This document shows positions 41,700-50,260 of a stretch of 64,000 nt of DNA, piece after piece. Both the position numbers and the translations under genes were made by a program. The first letter of the stretch is position 1, and each line of letters begins with the position of its first letter. This stretch comes from Eubacterium sp. (lineage in GTDB: Bacteria > Bacillota > Clostridia > Lachnospirales > Lachnospiraceae), in assembly GCA_017938215.1 (NCBI GenBank), contig JAGBBZ010000034.1, positions 35,207 to 99,206 on the forward strand. The letters run 5' to 3'. The notes under the pieces are model-generated. The model was not told the DNA's origin, did no database searches, and was given only the letters and a program-made list of their open reading frames with translations.

Positions 41700-43009
41700 C
41701 CGATGGCAATAAACAGTAACATGGTTTCGATGTTGACTGTGAAAAATACATCATGAAAACAAACAAGGAAAATCAGTGTGGCTATGATAAGATTTGCAAA
41801 CATCATGTAGCTGGCGCTGATTTTTTCTTTTTGGCGAACCCGTTGGATGGACTGAACCAGAACCAATATGAGAAATGCTCCCATAACGGCAAAGCCCGTA
41901 AAACCGGTTTCCACAAGAAGGGAAAGGTAACCATTGTGGGTTACATACTGGGTAATGTCAAGATAACTCCCCGGATATTTATTCGAGGCATACGGAAGTG
42001 CGCTTCGTACAGAAAATCCGAAAATTGGTTTATCTTTATATAATGTTAGATAATGTTTCCATATGGTGGAGCGATTGTTGGTAATGTTACTGGTAGTTAC
42101 ATCTTCGCGCACCATGTCTCCGACTTCGCGCTCTGGTGCAGTAAGTTGTCCCACTGCTTGAAGTGGGAAAAACACAAGTGTGTAAATGGCGAGAATACCA
42201 ATTACTGCTAAGAGACCGCGTTTACAAAGGGAAAAAATAAAATGTCCCATGCGGAAGGTGTCGCCTTTTTCTCGTTCATAAGTAGTAAAGAAAACAAAGA
42301 AAAGAATCGTTCCCACTGCTGCAATGTATATCGTTCTTGAATTGGACATGATTAGATATAGAACATTGCATAGGATGTTGATGATGCAATATGTTTTCAC
42401 CCATTTCTTGGATGTATGACGCCAAACATACACAAGAAGGATGCTCAGAATCAAGGACGAAAAGGCAGCGAAGTTTGGATCGCTAAAAACGCCAAAAAGA
42501 CGTCCGTCTGTAATTCCTTGACGTACCTCGTTGCCTGCCGGATTCAGTGTTCGATACGTGATATTTCGTACATATTGATATAGGGACACAATACAAGCGG
42601 GTGTCCAAAGAAGAGAACAACAAAGCCCTGTAATCCGGATGCATTTGTGAATCATTTCCTTTGGCATAGTCAACGGTAAAAAGTAAAAGACTGTCAATTG
42701 CGTTGTAAATGTTACGACACCAAGTGCATTGTCCACAAATCCATATTTGTAATTGGTAATGGTGGAGATGACTAGAATCACCAAAAATCCACCGAGCAGA
42801 TACAGCAATGCATTCCCTTTGATGGTTTTGCGAATGAGGAACAGCGTGCCGGCTGCCAACACACACCCACCTAAAATCACCGCTTTGTATAAAAGGTCTG
42901 CTGCCATTCCCTGACACAGGACAGCGGTGGGGATGATTCGTGTAGATAAGCTGTATAATGCGTAGAATACAATGTATAAGCATGTTACTAGATTCCATTT
43001 TGCTTTCAT
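41669..43009 (-). CDS. O-antigen ligase family (Wzy_C; WaaL/TacL-like) membrane protein
   Basis: About 12 TM segments; RLFGVFSDPN, SNSR, NRSTIW...PIFG, HNGYLSLLVETGFTG. Confidence 0.87.
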   Translation of the reverse strand: MKAKWNLVTCLYIVFYALYSLSTRIIPTAVLCQGMAADLLYKAVILGGCVLAAGTLFLIRKTIKGNALLYLLGGFLVILVISTITNYKYGFVDNALGVVTFTTQLTVFYFLPLTMPKEMIHKCIRITGLCCSLLWTPACIVSLYQYVRNITYRTLNPAGNEVRQGITDGRLFGVFSDPNFAAFSSLILSILLVYVWRHTSKKWVKTYCIINILCNVLYLIMSNSRTIYIAAVGTILFFVFFTTYEREKGDTFRMGHFIFSLCKRGLLAVIGILAIYTLVFFPLQAVGQLTAPEREVGDMVREDVTTSNITNNRSTIWKHYLTLYKDKPIFGFSVRSALPYASNKYPGSYLDITQYVTHNGYLSLLVETGFTGFAVMGAFLILVLVQSIQRVRQKEKISASYMMFANLIIATLIFLVCFHDVFFTVNIETMLLFIAIGYISSINARH

Positions 43010-43051
43010 TTTTATAATCCTCTCTCTTTCGAAATAATCCTACAAAAGTTA

Positions 43052-43096
43052 AGTATATCGTGTTATATTGCTTTTTTCAACTTTTTTTTGTATAAT
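43052..43096. promoter_or_regulatory. Overlapping divergent sigmaA promoters for the ligase and capD operon
   Basis: Minus strand TTGAAA-17-TATACT (43080-43052); plus strand TTGCTT-17-TATAAT (43068-43096). Confidence 0.65.
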
Positions 43097-43156
43097 ATAA
43101 TTGTTGGATTCTGTCCGTTAGGGATTTTGGAATGAAAGAAATGGAGGAATGGAGCG

Positions 43157-45124
43157 ATGCTCTGGTTTAAAAAATATGTAGAAAGCGGAAGATTATCGAT
43201 GTTGTATCGTGTTCTTCTTGTTATATGGGATGCGGCGTGCATCAACTTGTGTTCCTTTGCCGCCTTGTTTATTCGATATGAGTTGAAGTGGGGGCGATTT
43301 ATCCGAAGTGGAATCACGGCAGACTACCCACAAGGCTATGTAGCGACATTGAAGGAGATGTTTATTGTCAATACACTTCTTACGTTGATTATATTTGCCC
43401 TGTTTCGACTGTATAATAGCCTGTGGCGCTATGCAAGTTTGGGAGAAGTGCTGAATATCGTTATGGCATGCGGCATATCGGCGGTGGTTCATTTCCTTAC
43501 AGTATTCGGAACATATCGCAAGTTGCCACGTTCGTATTTTGTTATCTATTTGCTACTTTTGTTTACCACAACATTAGCAGTGCGTTTTTCTTATCGTGTC
43601 ATACGAACGTTATACAATGAAAATGTTCACGGTGTGGGAATGCGTAACACAATGATCATCGGTGCCGGTGAATCCGGCAATATGGTAATCAACGAGTTGA
43701 AAATGAGCAAAAAGCTGGATAGTAACATTTGCTGTATCATTGATGACAATAAGTCCAAACACAATACCTTCATCAATGGAGTTAAGGTGATTGGCGGACG
43801 AGATAAAATTCTTGATGCCTCGAAGTATTATGCCATTAATGAAATTGTGGTTGCCATGCCAAGTGCGTCCAAAAAGGATGTTCGTGAGATTCTTGAAATT
43901 TGTCAGCAAACAGGAGCGGAGTTGAAGATTCTTCCAGGTGTATATCAGTTTGTAAATGGTGAAGCTGCGGTGGAAAAATTGCGCCCGGTACAGATTGAGG
44001 ACTTGTTGGGGCGTGAGCCGGTGCAGACCAATCTGGAGTCCATCACAAGTTACGTGAAGAATAAGGTGGTTTTGGTAACCGGAGGTGGTGGTTCCATCGG
44101 TAGTGAGTTGTGTCGTCAGATTGCGGCAAATCGACCAAAGACGTTGATTATATTTGATATATATGAAAACAATGCCTATGACATCCAGCAGGAGTTAAAG
44201 GCAAAGTACCCTGCAATGCATTTGGAGGTTTTGATTGGTTCTGTGCGAAATACCAATCGCGTGGACCAGGTATTTGCTAAGTATCGCCCAGACATAGTAT
44301 ATCATGCGGCAGCGCATAAACATGTTCCGCTGATGGAGGATAGTCCGAATGAAGCCATTAAGAATAATGTATTCGGAACCTACAAGACGGCTTTGGCAGC
44401 GGATCGTTATGGAACGAAAAAATTTGTTTTAATTTCTACGGATAAGGCGGTGAACCCAACTAATATTATGGGAGCATCGAAACGAATTTGTGAAATGATC
44501 GTGCAGGGGCTAAATCGTCATTCTTCCACGGAGTTTGTGGCGGTTCGCTTTGGTAACGTATTGGGAAGTAACGGAAGTGTTATTCCGCTCTTTAAGCGTC
44601 AGATTGCAGAGGGAGGTCCCGTGACGGTAACAGACAAACGTGTGATTCGTTATTTTATGACGATTCCGGAGGCTGTGTCTCTTGTGCTTCAGGCAGGTGC
44701 CTATGCCAAGGGAGGAGAAATCTTTGTGCTGGATATGGGCGAGCCAGTGAAAATCGACGACCTTGCACGAAACCTCATTAAGCTGTCTGGTTATGTGCCG
44801 GGAGAGGATATTAAGATTGTGTACACCGGATTGCGACCGGGAGAAAAACTGTTTGAAGAGATTCTTATGGATGAAGAGGGACTTACGGATACGGAGAATG
44901 AGTTGATTCATATTGGTAAGCCCATTGAGTTCGATGAGGCAGCGTTCTTTGACCAGTTGGAAAAGCTGTATGAGGAAGCCTACAGCGAGGTGCCAAATAT
45001 GAAAGAAATTATTTCTGAGATGGTACCGACATATAAAATTCGGGAAGAAGATCGAATGCGAGACAAAAAAGTATTAGACGGTAAGTTTACGGATTTTTAT
45101 GAATCCAGTCGAAAGAATAATTAG
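43157..45124 (+). CDS. capD: Membrane-anchored UDP-GlcNAc 4,6-dehydratase (CapD/PglF/WbpM family)
   Basis: Four N-terminal TM segments; IGAG, IEDLLGR, TGGGGSIGSEL, HAAAHKHVPLME, ISTDKAVNPTNIMGASK, VRFGNVLGS.GSV, GLRPGEKL. Confidence 0.92.
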   Translation: MLWFKKYVESGRLSMLYRVLLVIWDAACINLCSFAALFIRYELKWGRFIRSGITADYPQGYVATLKEMFIVNTLLTLIIFALFRLYNSLWRYASLGEVLNIVMACGISAVVHFLTVFGTYRKLPRSYFVIYLLLLFTTTLAVRFSYRVIRTLYNENVHGVGMRNTMIIGAGESGNMVINELKMSKKLDSNICCIIDDNKSKHNTFINGVKVIGGRDKILDASKYYAINEIVVAMPSASKKDVREILEICQQTGAELKILPGVYQFVNGEAAVEKLRPVQIEDLLGREPVQTNLESITSYVKNKVVLVTGGGGSIGSELCRQIAANRPKTLIIFDIYENNAYDIQQELKAKYPAMHLEVLIGSVRNTNRVDQVFAKYRPDIVYHAAAHKHVPLMEDSPNEAIKNNVFGTYKTALAADRYGTKKFVLISTDKAVNPTNIMGASKRICEMIVQGLNRHSSTEFVAVRFGNVLGSNGSVIPLFKRQIAEGGPVTVTDKRVIRYFMTIPEAVSLVLQAGAYAKGGEIFVLDMGEPVKIDDLARNLIKLSGYVPGEDIKIVYTGLRPGEKLFEEILMDEEGLTDTENELIHIGKPIEFDEAAFFDQLEKLYEEAYSEVPNMKEIISEMVPTYKIREEDRMRDKKVLDGKFTDFYESSRKNN

Positions 45125-45154
45125 AATGTGAAGAGATAGAAAAGAGGTTGTATC

Positions 45155-46312
45155 ATGACGCAAGTGTTAAAGCGTGTGCTGATCAGGCTGTTTCGACTTT
45201 GTCCTCTCCGGAAGATGATTGTATTTGAAAGTCATCCGGATTTGTCGGACAATTCCTATGCCTTGTATGAAGAGTTACTTCGGCGAGGTGTCAATAAACG
45301 ATATAAGATTTATTGGATGAAGACGTTCCGAGATGGGAAAGTGTATACACTTCCGGAAAACGTAGCCACCTTTGAACAGCAGCCAGCTACGTTGAAGGAG
45401 ACGCTTCAGCGGGCGTATGTGTTGAATTGCAGTCGATTTATCATCGATTGTAATTCCTTTGTGAAGAAAAGAAGAAAAAATCAAGTTCGGATTCACTTGG
45501 GACACGGTATGCCGATTAAGATTGACTTGGAATATAGTCGGAAGTTTGGCGATTGTGAGAAGTACTTGATACAATCGGACTTTTGGCGCGAGATTTATAC
45601 CGAGCAGATATGTGTACCAGATGACATTTTATGTACTTTCGGGTACCCTAGAAATGATGTGTTGGTGAATAAGGCGGAGGCCGCCGAGTGGCGAAGAGCT
45701 ACGGGCGTCTACAAAAAAGTGTTGATGTGGATGCCGACTTACCGACAGCATCGCAGGCATATGGACCGTGCAATGGAAGTACAGTATCCGTATGGGATGC
45801 CTTGTGTACATGATTTTGAAGAATTGCAAAGACTCCATCAGCAGCTTCAAGAGCAGGAGATTCTCCTACTCTTTCGACCACATCCGGTTCAGGATTTGTC
45901 GGTATGGGAAGAATACACATTTTCGCATATACAGATCGCGGATGATGAGTATCTTGCCAAATCTGATCTCACATTGTACGAATTGCTTGGTCATACGGAT
46001 GGTTTGATTACCGATTATTCGTCGGTGTATTTTGACTATTTGTTGACGGATAAGCCGGTGGCGTTGACGATAGAAGATATGGATGAATATTTCCAACATT
46101 TTACGCTGGCGTTTCCGGATTATAAGGAAACTATCAAAGGATATTATGTAGAAAGATTTGAAGAACTTTTAGGATTTGTCCGGGAGGTTGCAGAAGAAAA
46201 GGATTCAATGAAAAAAGAACGCATTGGTGCGAAGTTGAAATTTCACCAGGATGCGTCGGGGCATTCGGCAGCCAAGATTGCAGATATGCTTACATCGGAT
46301 TATGGTATGTAG
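45155..46312 (+). CDS. CDP-polyol phosphotransferase (TagB/TagF family), short form
   Basis: VFES, HLGHGMPIK, GYPRND, WMPTYR, RPHP, LITDYSSVYFDYLL.DKP. Confidence 0.9.
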   Translation: MTQVLKRVLIRLFRLCPLRKMIVFESHPDLSDNSYALYEELLRRGVNKRYKIYWMKTFRDGKVYTLPENVATFEQQPATLKETLQRAYVLNCSRFIIDCNSFVKKRRKNQVRIHLGHGMPIKIDLEYSRKFGDCEKYLIQSDFWREIYTEQICVPDDILCTFGYPRNDVLVNKAEAAEWRRATGVYKKVLMWMPTYRQHRRHMDRAMEVQYPYGMPCVHDFEELQRLHQQLQEQEILLLFRPHPVQDLSVWEEYTFSHIQIADDEYLAKSDLTLYELLGHTDGLITDYSSVYFDYLLTDKPVALTIEDMDEYFQHFTLAFPDYKETIKGYYVERFEELLGFVREVAEEKDSMKKERIGAKLKFHQDASGHSAAKIADMLTSDYGM

Positions 46313-46347
46313 AAAAAGGATTGTAAAGGAAAAAGTAGAAAGAAGGA

Positions 46348-48315
46348 ATGTGGATGGGACCATATAATAACGGCTACATTATTTATTTTGATTTGGTAGC
46401 CTTGATACTTATGGCAATATTAGTGTTGGCGTTTCATGCGATTAAGCATCTTAACACCATCCAAAACCGCATGCTGCAGGTGATGATTTATACCAATGCA
46501 GTTGTGGTTGTTGCGGATTTGGTTAGTGTGCTCGGCCCGCAGTTTCCGCCAACGGCAAATCGTCCGTTTACCATACTTTCGTATTTGATCTATTACATTA
46601 TGCACAGTATGACAATATTTGCGTTTTTTGTGTATTGCTGCTTTCAGGTAGATCAATATGGAAAAGGAAAGAGATGGTTGCAGGTATTGTTTTTGGTGCC
46701 GATTGTGGTATCATTTATCTTGATGCTCACAAATGGATGGACGGGGTGGGTGTATGGAATTGATAATAACCTCCAATACGAAAGGGGACCATTGGTGTGG
46801 ATCGTATATCTGGTGGCAGGTTTTTATGTGATTATGTCACTGATGGTTATTACCGTGTATCGGAGTAGGCTTACGAAACTTCAGCTGGGGGTCACGTATC
46901 TTTATTTGTTCTTAGGAGTTACTGGCGTTTGGGTTCAATACGAGAATCCGACGTTGCTTGTAGAAGCGTTTTCTGTCGCGCTTGCTTTGTTGGTGATGTT
47001 TTTTGTGACGGCTAAATTTACGGAATTGTACGATGATACATATCAGGTTTTGAATGCGCGAGCGTTTCAAGATGTGATGCGCGGAAGCGTTCATTGGATT
47101 CGTCGGTTTCATATTGTTGTAGTGAAGTTACATGATCTGCAATTGTACCGCCTTGCCATGGGAAAAGATTTTCAAGAAAATTTGTTGCGTGAAGTGATTC
47201 AATACATCACAGAGACGTATCCAACGTTTGATGTGTTTCATTATACAACCAGCGAATTCGTTATGAAGACAAAAAAGAGTATGTCGCAGGAGGAAGTGGA
47301 TCAAGTGGTGAGTCAGCTTCTTCTACGATTCGATGATACATGGAAGATAGGAGACAATGAGGTTCGATGTCCGTACCACATCGCATGTTTTGAATGTGGA
47401 GACAATGCATCGATTGACTCGGCAAATCAGTTGAAAGAATGTCTGGATTATATCAATGATTATTCAAAGTTACTCGAGAAAAAGGTGTTGGGAATCGAGG
47501 AAATGCGTATCGGGGCACTAGCAAGATCTTTGTTGGTACAACGTCTGCTACAAGAAGCGGTGGAGAACGATGGATTTGAAATCTATTACCAGCCGATTTA
47601 CTCGGTCAAGGAACAACGAGTTGTGTCGGCGGAGGCTTTGATTCGATTAAAAAACACAGAACATGGATTTATTTCACCAGAAGAGTTTATCCCGATTGCA
47701 GAGCAGAATGGTTTGATTATGCGCATCGGTGAATTTGTATTTCGTTCGGTGTGTTCATTTATTAATGATCATGATTTAGGAAAATTGGGAATTCAATTTG
47801 TGGAAGTGAATCTTTCGGTTGTACAATGTATGCAGCAGAAACTTGGTAAACAATTGATGAGTATTATGAAAGAGTACTCGTTATCGCCGGAGGCGATTAA
47901 TTTGGAAATCACGGAAACTGCGGAGGCGGTTCGCTTTGAAGCTTTCCGGGAGAATGTATTTGCTCTCCATGCCAACGGATTTCACTTCTCGTTGGATGAT
48001 TATGGAACCGGATATTCCAATATTGGATTTTTGTATAAATTTCCATTCCGTTTCATTAAAATTGACAAAAGTCTTTTGTGGGGAGCTTTTGAAAATGAAA
48101 AGGCGATGATTACCTTGGTAAGTAGTATTGAACTTGCAAAGAAATTAAATCTTGAAGTTGTGGTGGAAGGTGTGGAAACAGAGGAACATGTTCGAAAATT
48201 GGTGGAAATGCAGTGTGAATATCTGCAAGGATATTATTTTTCAAAGCCAATTCCGGCAGAGGAATTTATCCGATATATGAAGAAGTCTACAAAAGAAACG
48301 AACGTCATAAAATGA
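46348..48315 (+). CDS. Membrane-bound EAL c-di-GMP phosphodiesterase with degenerate GGDEF domain
   Basis: About seven TM segments; GGDEF position reads YTTSEF; intact YQP, EAL, EEFIPIAE, VNLS, EITE, DDYGTGYS, KIDK, EGVE, QGY. Confidence 0.92.
   Translation: MWMGPYNNGYIIYFDLVALILMAILVLAFHAIKHLNTIQNRMLQVMIYTNAVVVVADLVSVLGPQFPPTANRPFTILSYLIYYIMHSMTIFAFFVYCCFQVDQYGKGKRWLQVLFLVPIVVSFILMLTNGWTGWVYGIDNNLQYERGPLVWIVYLVAGFYVIMSLMVITVYRSRLTKLQLGVTYLYLFLGVTGVWVQYENPTLLVEAFSVALALLVMFFVTAKFTELYDDTYQVLNARAFQDVMRGSVHWIRRFHIVVVKLHDLQLYRLAMGKDFQENLLREVIQYITETYPTFDVFHYTTSEFVMKTKKSMSQEEVDQVVSQLLLRFDDTWKIGDNEVRCPYHIACFECGDNASIDSANQLKECLDYINDYSKLLEKKVLGIEEMRIGALARSLLVQRLLQEAVENDGFEIYYQPIYSVKEQRVVSAEALIRLKNTEHGFISPEEFIPIAEQNGLIMRIGEFVFRSVCSFINDHDLGKLGIQFVEVNLSVVQCMQQKLGKQLMSIMKEYSLSPEAINLEITETAEAVRFEAFRENVFALHANGFHFSLDDYGTGYSNIGFLYKFPFRFIKIDKSLLWGAFENEKAMITLVSSIELAKKLNLEVVVEGVETEEHVRKLVEMQCEYLQGYYFSKPIPAEEFIRYMKKSTKETNVIK
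48285..48313 (+). promoter_or_regulatory. Possible sigmaE-type sporulation promoter for the LysM-GH18 gene
   Basis: GTCTACA-14 nt-CATAAAAT inside the 3' end of the EAL gene. Confidence 0.4.
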
Positions 48316-48343
48316 GAGTAAGAAGTTTTATGGCGGTATAAAT

Positions 48344-49465
48344 ATGGAGATTTATGTAGTAAAAGAAGGGGACACGGTAGATGCTATAGCACAGGCATTT
48401 GCGGTGTCCCCTGAAAATATTATAGAAAACAATCAGTTGACAGTACCATATCCATTGGCAGTGGGGCAGGCGCTTCTAATCGGGGAACCAGAGCCGGGAA
48501 GTGAGAGGGTTCGAGATGCCGGAGGGTATGCCTATACGTATATTAGTCGCTGGGTACTTCGTCAGACACTTCCCTTTTTGGAACGATTGTTTGTCTTTTC
48601 CTATGGATTTACAGAAGAAGGGGAATTGTTGCTCCCCCCACAGGATGACATGTGGATGATCGAGATGTGTCAGGAATTCGATACGATGCCGATTTTGACG
48701 TTGACGCCCTTTGGGACAGATGGTAGGTTTAACAATAATTTGATTCATCAGATTGTTACTGACGCGACAGCAAGAGAACGTTTGTTGACGGAACTGGTAC
48801 AGATAATGACAGAAAAAGGTTATGGTGGGATTGATATCGATTTTGAATTTATTCTAGCCGAAGATCGGGATTTGTTTACCGCTTTTGTGGCGCAAACGGC
48901 GGAAATTATGCACGACAATGGATTTGTTGTATCGGTTGCCCTTGCGCCGAAGACGTCAGCAGATCAAAAAGGATTGTTGTACGAGGGAAAAGATTATGGA
49001 GCGCTGGGGAAAGTGGCAGATGCGGTGCTGCTCATGACCTATGAATGGGGCTATAAATATGGTCCACCCATGGCAGTGGCACCTTTAAACAGTGTGCGAC
49101 GAGTGCTGGATTATGCAGTAACGGAGATTCCGCCGATGAAAATAAATTTGGGAATTCCGAATTATGGGTACGATTGGCCGTTGCCCTATGAACGTGGGAG
49201 GACGGTGGCGAGAACCATCGGAAATGTGGAGGCTGTACAGATTGCGATTCGATACGGTGCCGAGATTTTCTTTGATGAAAAATCGCAATCCCCCTATTTT
49301 GAGTATGTAGACGAAGATGGCGCAGATCATGTGGTTTGGTTTGAGGACGTGCGAAGCCTTGCAGAAAAATATTCGTTGATTACGGAGTATGGACTGAAGG
49401 GCATTGGTGTTTGGCAGATTATGCGTTGGTATCGTGCGATGTGGCTATTGAATGAACAAAGTTAA
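48344..49465 (+). CDS. LysM + GH18 spore peptidoglycan hydrolase (YaaH/SleL/YdhD-like)
   Basis: YVVKEGDT..AIA LysM start; GIDIDFE catalytic motif; LMTYEWG, GIPNYGYDW, VWFED.RS. Confidence 0.9.
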   Translation: MEIYVVKEGDTVDAIAQAFAVSPENIIENNQLTVPYPLAVGQALLIGEPEPGSERVRDAGGYAYTYISRWVLRQTLPFLERLFVFSYGFTEEGELLLPPQDDMWMIEMCQEFDTMPILTLTPFGTDGRFNNNLIHQIVTDATARERLLTELVQIMTEKGYGGIDIDFEFILAEDRDLFTAFVAQTAEIMHDNGFVVSVALAPKTSADQKGLLYEGKDYGALGKVADAVLLMTYEWGYKYGPPMAVAPLNSVRRVLDYAVTEIPPMKINLGIPNYGYDWPLPYERGRTVARTIGNVEAVQIAIRYGAEIFFDEKSQSPYFEYVDEDGADHVVWFEDVRSLAEKYSLITEYGLKGIGVWQIMRWYRAMWLLNEQS

Positions 49466-50006
49466 TATGAAAGTCTAAGATGAGTTTTTCTAAAAAAGCA
49501 GCGACCTCCGTCGACGACTCTTGCATGCCGTTCATTATCCAGTATCCCAGAGTCCCTCCGAATCCGTGAGCGAGGAAATAATAGAGCATCTTTTGCTGGC
49601 TTTCCGTGAGATTCGGAAAACGCTCTTGGAATAGGTGGGTGGTTCCTTCGTAAACTGTAGAAAGAAGGCGAGAAGCAAATCCCGAATCTCCGTTTTGAAA
49701 TGCGATGGCATAGAAACTTTCGCGATTTTTCTCCACATGTTCCAGTAAGAGGACAAACGTATCTTGGAGGTCACGTTCTTCAATATGCTGAAGATTTTCC
49801 TTGATTTCATCGATGAATTCTTGTTCGATTTTTTCTAACAAATCAAATGGATCATCATAGTATTTGTAAAAAGTGGCGCGATTGATGTCAGCAAGTTGGC
49901 AAATTCGTGTTACCGTAATTTTCTTGATGGGTTGCTCCAGCAAAAGCTTTAAAAAGGAATCTTTAATCATCTTTTTTGAGTATCGAGTTCTAGCGTCCAA
50001 TCCCAT
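49419..50006 (-). CDS. TetR/AcrR family transcriptional regulator
   Basis: DARTRYSK, ITVTRICQLADINRATFYKYY; AAGGAG RBS before 50006; divergent from the RND gene. Confidence 0.92.
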   Translation of the reverse strand: MGLDARTRYSKKMIKDSFLKLLLEQPIKKITVTRICQLADINRATFYKYYDDPFDLLEKIEQEFIDEIKENLQHIEERDLQDTFVLLLEHVEKNRESFYAIAFQNGDSGFASRLLSTVYEGTTHLFQERFPNLTESQQKMLYYFLAHGFGGTLGYWIMNGMQESSTEVAAFLEKLILDFHINFVHSIATSHDTNA

Positions 50007-50095
50007 TGTTGTTCTCCTTTCACAAGTGAAATCGCAAATAATAAACAAATATTGAAAATTTGTATACCATCTTACGAAATGTCATGTTCTGGTGG

Positions 50096-50124
50096 TTGTA
50101 TTTTTTGATTTTTCTGATTATAAT
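50096..50124 (+). promoter_or_regulatory. SigmaA promoter for the RND gene
   Basis: TTGTAT-17 nt-TATAAT. A nearby inverted repeat ACAAAT-N7-ATTTGT (50045-50063) is a candidate TetR operator. Confidence 0.55.
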
Positions 50125-50260
50125 ATAATCCATTGAGAAAGTCAACATGTGTTTATTATCTTTCAAAGTGTTGTTCACAAAATGGATACATTCTATTTCT
50201 TGAGGGATGGGAGCAGATGTGATACAATGATTCTTACGAAAAATAAAGGAGGCAGAAAAG

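Noticed and set aside
50038-50159. 10-bp inverted repeat ATAATAAACA / TGTTTATTAT about 100 bp apart
   Set aside because: AT-rich and short; may be TetR half-sites or chance, not evidence of a mobile element
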